Assembly: GCA_043822785.1 (NCBI GenBank)
Contig: JBDRBN010000030.1
Span: forward strand, 1-21,411
Reading direction: 5' to 3'
Source of the DNA: Pseudomonadota bacterium
GTDB lineage: Bacteria > UBA10199 > 2-02-FULL-44-16 > JAAZCA01
Length of the DNA stretch: 21,411 nucleotides
Made by a program: the position numbers and the translations under genes. The notes under the pieces are model-generated. The model saw only the letters and a program-made list of their open reading frames with translations, did not search any database and was not told the origin of the DNA. The stretch's first letter is position 1. Each line of letters starts with the position of its first letter. Below are positions 15,145 through 21,411 of the stretch, piece after piece.

Positions 15145-17352
15145 TTACACAAATATATCCTGAAACTTGATGTCCTCTGCTGCCAGGACAATGGCCAAAG
15201 GCGGGAAATCAGCAGTTCGTACCATCAGCTCACTATAATAATTAACGTATTCTTCTGGCGTCTCTTCTTGATCTGGCGGACGCATGCCTATGAACACGAT
15301 ATCAGCATCTTGAGATGCTTGCTTTATTGTAGTGGGCAAAGGCGAATCATCATAAGGATAAACGAGCACATCGGGTCTGGCAACGACCCTGGCTTCTTTC
15401 AGATAATCGTCAACCATTTTGCTGGCCACTTCCCTTTCCTGCTCATCTTTTACAATCGTCTTTATCGACAGTTCAGCACCGCGCCACTCAGGACTCATCT
15501 TCAACATATAGCCCAGCGTCAACATCAGTCCCGCGTTCTCACGCTTTCCTCCCCACCAGCATACGATGCTCTTTTTACTTTTTTGCTCGTTGGGGGACTT
15601 TCCATTTCGTTCTCTTATGATGACAGTGTTTCGTCTTGCCGTATAGATAGTTTTGACGATGCTGGCATATCTGACATAGTTGTCTGGATTTTCAGCCTCA
15701 CCGAGCATGATAGTATTTGGAATCAAAGGACCTATGCCATATGTGGTTACCAGATTCTTGATTCCTGATGCTAAATCATCAGCAACCACAACTTCCACGA
15801 GCGCAGGTATTTTTCGCTCTTTCAAATAGATCCTTATCGACTTCTCAAGCTCGTATATCTTTTCCTCAGATATTTTTGCACGTTCAAGAATGGATGCCAC
15901 AGTTAAAAAACCTTTGCCATGAGTTATGGCATCTGCAAGCTCAATAAGATACAGCCGCTTACTGGGCGAGCCAGCAAACACGAGCATATTTGGCCTCCAG
16001 GAACGCGCTGTCTCCTCTGATTCTATGAGGCGATATATGGAAAATCGCGCAAGCGCAAGGTGCATGCCTCTCCGAATATCCATCCAGTGCGGGTTCAACC
16101 TTCTTTTAGCAGTGGCATAGTACAAAAGCGCCACAACAAAGATCGCAATAAAGGTCGCCCCAGCATTGATCATGAGCATGGCAGCCAAGCAAAGCGCTGC
16201 ACCTGCGAGCGACACAAACCAAGGAGTTCTAAAAGATGGCCGCCACGAAGGATGTCCCAAAAGGCCTTCAAGTCCGGCAACGAGATTCAGCGATCCATAC
16301 GCAGTGAGGAAAAACATGGACAACACAGATGCTATTGAATTGAGATTTCCAATCAAGATTGCAGCCAATGCTATCATAAAGGATACGGCCGTTGCGATGC
16401 GGGGATTATCTGTAACGCCGTGTCCCTTACCCAAAAAGGCCGGTACTATACGATCTTTGGCTAGCGCCTGTAGGGTTCTTGGCGCGCCCAATAAGCTTCC
16501 GAGCGCACTTGAAAGCGTTGCACCCCAGATGCCAAGCACCACTGCAATCTTAAACCTGGATACGTCTAGGAATATCATCTGATTTGAGAGCAAATCTTCT
16601 TTCGGCACAAATGAATTAAGAAAGATGGGAATGGCAAGGTATACGGCAAAGCCCATCAACACTGCCACAATTGTACCCCACGGCAACGACTTTGCTGGAT
16701 TTTTAAGATCGCCTGACATGGATATGCCGCCCTCAATGCCGGTAACAGCCGGAAAGAATATGGCAAACACAAACCAAAAAGGAGCTGTTTTGAGAGCTAT
16801 TGCCGATTCTGCAGCAAAACCGCCGGGCGGAGGCCCTCCCATGAAGAAAGAAATAAGGGATGCTATTATGATTATGAAAATTACAAGCGATACCCTGAGG
16901 GCTAAATTTGCTGATATGTATGCTAGGATTGTCAATACCGTTAAGCTTGCTACACCAACAATTAGCTGCGGCACTTGCGGAAACAAGCTGTGAACAGATT
17001 CTGTAAAACCAGCAATGTAAAACGATATACCGATGGCCTTTGCAAAAAAGAGCGACAATCCCACTGCTGCTCCGGCCTCAACTCCAAGCGAGCGGGCAAT
17101 CATGAAATACGCTCCCCCGCCCTTTACCTTCATGTTCGTGGCTATGGCTGAAATGGAAAGTCCTGTTATAAAGGTGATCGCAGTAGAAATGGTGACTATA
17201 ACTATAGTGCCTGTGAGACCCACATTGCCTAGCACCCAGCCAAGGCGCAAATACATTATCACGCCGAATATTGTGAGTATGCTGGGCAAAAACACGCCCT
17301 TAAACGTGCCAAAGCCGTATGCCTGTTTTATTTTGGAGTTATCTGTACTCAT
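15145..17352 (-). CDS. Cation-chloride cotransporter (SLC12/NKCC-like APC transporter) with cytoplasmic C-terminal domain
   Basis: FGTFKGVFLPSILTIFGVIMYLRLGW, GGGAYFMIARSLG, FAIFFPAVTGI, SGDLKNP, GAPRTLQALAKD, SWRP twice, PNTIMLG, VCWWGG. Confidence 0.9.
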   Translation of the reverse strand: MSTDNSKIKQAYGFGTFKGVFLPSILTIFGVIMYLRLGWVLGNVGLTGTIVIVTISTAITFITGLSISAIATNMKVKGGGAYFMIARSLGVEAGAAVGLSLFFAKAIGISFYIAGFTESVHSLFPQVPQLIVGVASLTVLTILAYISANLALRVSLVIFIIIIASLISFFMGGPPPGGFAAESAIALKTAPFWFVFAIFFPAVTGIEGGISMSGDLKNPAKSLPWGTIVAVLMGFAVYLAIPIFLNSFVPKEDLLSNQMIFLDVSRFKIAVVLGIWGATLSSALGSLLGAPRTLQALAKDRIVPAFLGKGHGVTDNPRIATAVSFMIALAAILIGNLNSIASVLSMFFLTAYGSLNLVAGLEGLLGHPSWRPSFRTPWFVSLAGAALCLAAMLMINAGATFIAIFVVALLYYATAKRRLNPHWMDIRRGMHLALARFSIYRLIESEETARSWRPNMLVFAGSPSKRLYLIELADAITHGKGFLTVASILERAKISEEKIYELEKSIRIYLKERKIPALVEVVVADDLASGIKNLVTTYGIGPLIPNTIMLGEAENPDNYVRYASIVKTIYTARRNTVIIRERNGKSPNEQKSKKSIVCWWGGKRENAGLMLTLGYMLKMSPEWRGAELSIKTIVKDEQEREVASKMVDDYLKEARVVARPDVLVYPYDDSPLPTTIKQASQDADIVFIGMRPPDQEETPEEYVNYYSELMVRTADFPPLAIVLAAEDIKFQDIFV

Positions 17353-17494
17353 GAAATGCCGCTACATTGCGTGATGCGGTTAATTATTTTGATAAATTAT
17401 ACTTTGGCGCATCAAAAGGCAATTTAAAAGAACCTCTTTGTTCTATCGTTTTTGGCAACATAAGAGCTCTATGGCACTGGTTTGAATTGGCATT

Positions 17495-17529
17495 AAAAAA
17501 AGCCCTTGATTGTATTGCAATCAAGGGCT
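17495..17529 (-). terminator. Rho-independent terminator downstream of the large lipoprotein gene
   Basis: 12-bp perfect stem AGCCCTTGATTG (17501-17512) / CAATCAAGGGCT (17518-17529), 5-nt loop, followed on the minus strand by a T run (A run 17495-17501 on +). Confidence 0.85.
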
Positions 17530-17556
17530 CATCTGTAATCCATTTGTTTTCTTCTT

Positions 17557-20385
17557 TTATTGAGGAGGAGAAACAAAACTGGTCAACACATCTTTGCATC
17601 CGATATAAAGACCAATCATATCGTTGTATTGGCAGTCGTTATCAGAAAGATCCAAATAATTAAAGCGAAGCTTAGTCCCATCTGGTTTTAACCATCCATG
17701 GCCAGTAGGCACATCATCGATCCTAAATTGGCCATAGCAATTCCCCACTGCCCCAGCGTCTACATCTGGATATATGGTCATCTGTTGAGTTACATCAAGT
17801 CCTTGTTCCTCTGTTATCCCTGGATCCAAAATCATTTGCCCTAAATCGTCCTCACACACCAAATGCACCGATGCCATACCTGGACCATCTACCAAAGCCG
17901 CTAATTCTGGCGCTGCTGACAACTCTACTGGTATGGGATACATCTCCTTCATGTTGAAAATAAACTCAATAAACCCTTCCTCTGTTATATCGCCTGGATT
18001 GTTCTTTCCTGCTATGATTTTATTATCAATAACACCAAAGAGATCCCATATACCATCACCATTCCTATCACCGGTTAAGGTGCAGTAGTATGTGCCCTTT
18101 TCAGTAATTTTGGTCTGCATCACTACATTACCGCCCGCCTCTATAATCTCGGGCATCTCTTTTACAAACTTAAACTTAGGAGGAAAGCTGGGATTGTCGC
18201 TGGAAAAACATCTTGCTATAAGCATACGATTAGCTACGCCGTTATTGTCTAAGCCATCCTCGAACATCGCATTAAAAATTAGTGGAACCTTGACAACGAA
18301 TTTACCACTGATGTTAACTGGCTCTTCTTCTTCCCCAGTGAAGACAAACACAAATCCATCCGATGAAGATAATTGAGCAGCAGGTTTTCCAAGGTCACCA
18401 CCATAAAGGAAGATGCATCTTACATCTGCCCTTGGAAGCAAAAACTTCATCACCCCATACTCCTGGTAATATTCGGACTTTTGCGCATAAATAATATTTT
18501 CACCATTAAAGCTATTATTCATATCAGGCGGCGAGCAGACAGCCCAAGCAGGTCCAGATTCAAATTCGGCTGAGTTAAGCACATTAACCACAACGGCCAT
18601 GCAATTTTCTTTACATAACATTTCACCAGGACCTTTATTTTCTTTAAGATAGACGTGCATGTCGTATGGACCTTCTGAGTTGTAATTGAAGGTGATCTGA
18701 TTTTTCCCTTCGAAGATTGCATTATGAGTATTACCCTCATCACCAACCCATAGAAAGATTACGCAAGTCCATCCCTTGCCTTCTGCTTCTTGAGGGATCT
18801 GCACCCATATGTTCCCATCATTGTTGATAGGACTGAAATCTTTCATAAAAAGCGCATTGTCCCCATAGAACTCTGCGCCAGGCGAGCAATTAATACCAAC
18901 CTGTGCATTGGGATCCACGCTATCCTGTACTTCTGGCCAGTTATCGAAATAGAGTCTGACATTAGCTAGCGGCCCCCCATAATCTTCTTCATCATCGTCT
19001 ATTCCACACTCCTCTATCACCATCTTCAATTTATCAATGGGCAAACAGACTGTAGCATTAAATTTATTATATGCCTTATCGCAGAGACAATCCACTGCAC
19101 CCTCTGGCCACCCGAATTCTAAAGCCACATCTACCAGACTCTTATACGAGATCGTATCCCCTGGCTCAGGGTCTTTATTGGAGCTGAGATCCCATGTGCA
19201 AGGACCAGCAAAGATAGATGCCCAATCTTTGCCACCTTCCTTTTTATAGTCATCCATGTCTTCCCCACGAATCACTACATAAACGCTGGCATAGCACTGG
19301 GTTCTCTCAAACCTCTGCGCACATTCTCGGATATACGCGATCTTCTTATCGAAGTCGCTGATGATGACTTGATTTCCACCATGCTGATCGATCAGTTCTT
19401 TAAATTGTGAAGCATTGTCGCCAACGTTGTAAAGTTCCACGTCCATATCTGAGATATCGCTACCAGCGATAAGCGCGAGCTCAAAGCGATTATTGGTGCC
19501 TAAGACAAATAAAGATAGTTCATCCAGGTTCTCCTCATCACCGATCGTCTCTCTGCAGTTTGGATCAGCGCCAAAGCCGTCATTTACCAAGTTGTTAAAT
19601 GAGTTTCTGAATTCCAAACTTTTTTGATAACAGTTAAGCCATGCCTGCGTCGTCTTTCCATTGATTTCACTAAGGCGCATTGCAATTTGGTATAGTACTG
19701 TGTGTTCCACAGTACCGTTGGCGATGGCTAGAGGATTGATCCCCATGCTTATGCCCACATCCTGAAATTTTTTCAAGCAGGCCAATGATTGCGATGCCCC
19801 TGCCCCATCTAAGGAAGCAGCGTTGCCCAGCTTTTTGGACAAGGAGTAAGCGCACATAGGATCAACGCCCTCATCTGCCACCTTAGATAGGAAGCATGCG
19901 GGTATGCCATTGGCCGGGTTATAATCCTCTCCTGCACAAGAAAAGAAGGAATCCATGGCCGAGTATGTGGATGGATTTACATCTATGATAACTGGGTCAC
20001 TTGATAGCAAATCGATTTCATAATAAACAATGACAATGGCATCCGAATCTGGATCCTGGACAATAATGAAGATTCTTAAAATGCTAGAGAGTTCCACTGC
20101 CTTTGCAGCATTTTGGGAAAGGTTTGCCACATCCATGTTTAGAGAGAAGTTTCCCTCATCGTCAGAGGTCGCTCCCCATAAAAGATCGCCAGTATCAAAG
20201 TTGTATGCGCTGACTGATCCATTTGCTATTGGCTGATCATCCGATATCATGGCTTTGCCAGAAATGGCGAGGGTGTTATCTGAAACAGGTTCGCTTGGTG
20301 TGTCGGTAAAAGTAGTACCCAGCACTCCCCCACCGCATCCAGCAAAGATCAGTGCGAAAACTATTAATACTGTTAGCTTTTTCAT
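17557..20385 (-). CDS. Large Cys-rich, acidic modular lipoprotein of unknown function
   Basis: MKK plus hydrophobic stretch plus lipobox FAGC; SD GGGGGG; N-terminal ISG...PIANGSV...ATSDDEGNFSL (carboxypeptidase-regulatory-like beta-sandwich); uninterrupted 942-codon ORF. Confidence 0.8.
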   Translation of the reverse strand: MKKLTVLIVFALIFAGCGGGVLGTTFTDTPSEPVSDNTLAISGKAMISDDQPIANGSVSAYNFDTGDLLWGATSDDEGNFSLNMDVANLSQNAAKAVELSSILRIFIIVQDPDSDAIVIVYYEIDLLSSDPVIIDVNPSTYSAMDSFFSCAGEDYNPANGIPACFLSKVADEGVDPMCAYSLSKKLGNAASLDGAGASQSLACLKKFQDVGISMGINPLAIANGTVEHTVLYQIAMRLSEINGKTTQAWLNCYQKSLEFRNSFNNLVNDGFGADPNCRETIGDEENLDELSLFVLGTNNRFELALIAGSDISDMDVELYNVGDNASQFKELIDQHGGNQVIISDFDKKIAYIRECAQRFERTQCYASVYVVIRGEDMDDYKKEGGKDWASIFAGPCTWDLSSNKDPEPGDTISYKSLVDVALEFGWPEGAVDCLCDKAYNKFNATVCLPIDKLKMVIEECGIDDDEEDYGGPLANVRLYFDNWPEVQDSVDPNAQVGINCSPGAEFYGDNALFMKDFSPINNDGNIWVQIPQEAEGKGWTCVIFLWVGDEGNTHNAIFEGKNQITFNYNSEGPYDMHVYLKENKGPGEMLCKENCMAVVVNVLNSAEFESGPAWAVCSPPDMNNSFNGENIIYAQKSEYYQEYGVMKFLLPRADVRCIFLYGGDLGKPAAQLSSSDGFVFVFTGEEEEPVNISGKFVVKVPLIFNAMFEDGLDNNGVANRMLIARCFSSDNPSFPPKFKFVKEMPEIIEAGGNVVMQTKITEKGTYYCTLTGDRNGDGIWDLFGVIDNKIIAGKNNPGDITEEGFIEFIFNMKEMYPIPVELSAAPELAALVDGPGMASVHLVCEDDLGQMILDPGITEEQGLDVTQQMTIYPDVDAGAVGNCYGQFRIDDVPTGHGWLKPDGTKLRFNYLDLSDNDCQYNDMIGLYIGCKDVLTSFVSPPQ

Positions 20386-20552
20386 AATCCCCCCAAATGT
20401 TCACCACACAAACCTTTTGTCGTGTTTTATCAATAATTATTATATCAACCGTGCAGTATTAATAATACAGCTCGTGTGGATTTGGGGTAGTCAGACCCCA
20501 GCTAGAAATGCGTTGAAACAGGCATTTAAAGAGGTTTTTAAGCAGTTATCGT

Positions 20553-21411
20553 CCCGACTTTGACACTTGGCGATGGGGTACTGCCCGCAAAAGTAGATTT
20601 AATGCGGGTCGAGTTTAGAAAAAGTCAAAAACCTGCTGAATAATCTTCGTTGCATGGTTCTATTATCCTAATCATAGAGCAAGATTTCTGATATACGATT
20701 TGCATGTACGTCAAGATAACGAAGAATCAATCCGGTCAGACCTATTATCATCTCGTCGAATCCTATTGGGAGGGTGGCAAGAGCAAGCAACGCACATTAA
20801 TGTCTCTCGGGCGAGCGGGTGAAGATCGGATGGATGATGTGGTTGCCGCAATAAGCAAGCACAAGGATGTGTTCACGATTTTGGAATTAGCGAAAGGCAT
20901 AGATGTGGAAGACACATATATCCTTGGACCGTTGCTGATCTTGGATCGGATGTTTAAGGAGAGCGGGATAGATTATGTACTGAGGAAGGCATCCGGCAAG
21001 CATCCAAAGCTTGGGTTTGATCTGCGAAAGCTGGTATTCACGATGGTGGCGACGCGCTTTGTAAAACCAGGATCGAAGCTCAAGGTATATGAGCATTGGC
21101 AGAAGAAGTTGTATCCCGAAATGATAGAAAAAGAGATAGAGCTTCATCAGTTGTATCGGGCGTTAGACATTTTGGCGCAGCATAAGGAAGAGATAGAAAT
21201 CGGGCTGTTTTGGCATGGGCGAGATTTGCTGAGCATGCAAGTCGATGTGGTATTGTACGATTTGACAACGCTCCGGTTTGAGAGCACACGAACTGACTTG
21301 GGAGAGCTTCGTCAATTTGGATACAGCAAGGAGAGACGCAGCGATTGCACACAAGTGGTGTTCGGCCTGCTTGTCACACCTGATGGAGTACCAATTGGTT
21401 TTGAAGTTTAT
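20553..21411 (+). mobile_element. IS1634-family insertion sequence, left part (truncated by window end)
   Basis: Transposase ORF from 20704. Candidate left terminal inverted repeat CCCGACTTTGACAC at 20553, which resembles IS1634-type ends from memory; the right end is not visible to confirm it. Confidence 0.75.
20704..21411 (+). CDS. IS1634-family DDE transposase, N-terminal 236 aa (absent from ORF track because no stop in window)
   Basis: Manual translation, open to the end: MYVKITKNQSGQTYYHLVESYWEGGKSKQRTLMSLGR...KPGSKL...HQLYRALD...VLYDLTTLRFES...FGYSKERRSDCTQVVFGLLVTPDGVPIGFEVY. Confidence 0.92.
   Translation, partial: MYVKITKNQSGQTYYHLVESYWEGGKSKQRTLMSLGRAGEDRMDDVVAAISKHKDVFTILELAKGIDVEDTYILGPLLILDRMFKESGIDYVLRKASGKHPKLGFDLRKLVFTMVATRFVKPGSKLKVYEHWQKKLYPEMIEKEIELHQLYRALDILAQHKEEIEIGLFWHGRDLLSMQVDVVLYDLTTLRFESTRTDLGELRQFGYSKERRSDCTQVVFGLLVTPDGVPIGFEVY

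Noticed and set aside
20887..21354. Minus-strand ORFs at the right end
   Set aside because: They are antisense to the transposase frame.

Overview
A gene-dense bacterial window, probably from a diderm (it has lipoproteins and an outer-membrane beta-barrel); a deltaproteobacteria-like lineage is my inference only. From left to right: REP-like palindromic and heptad repeats around a degenerate YjbQ-family gene; an HTH-receiver response regulator; a small lipoprotein; glmM divergently paired with an unusual fusion of a circularly permuted GTPase and a SIS (phosphosugar isomerase/binding) domain; a PPC/DUF296 gene; a MASE3-type histidine kinase; and two small secreted proteins. Next is a candidate peptide-ligation/hydrolysis/transport cluster: a DmpA/P1 peptidase, a tandem double D-Ala-D-Ala-ligase-like ATP-grasp protein, a divergent second ATP-grasp protein, a GadC-like APC transporter, an outer-membrane barrel and an SLC12-like cation-chloride cotransporter. 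The window ends with a 942-aa Cys-rich modular lipoprotein and its terminator, and the 5' part of an IS1634-family element that runs off the edge. The two strongest leads are the cpGTPase-SIS fusion facing glmM and the three-ATP-grasp-domain plus DmpA plus transporter cluster. All calls come from motif recognition by eye; no searches were run.
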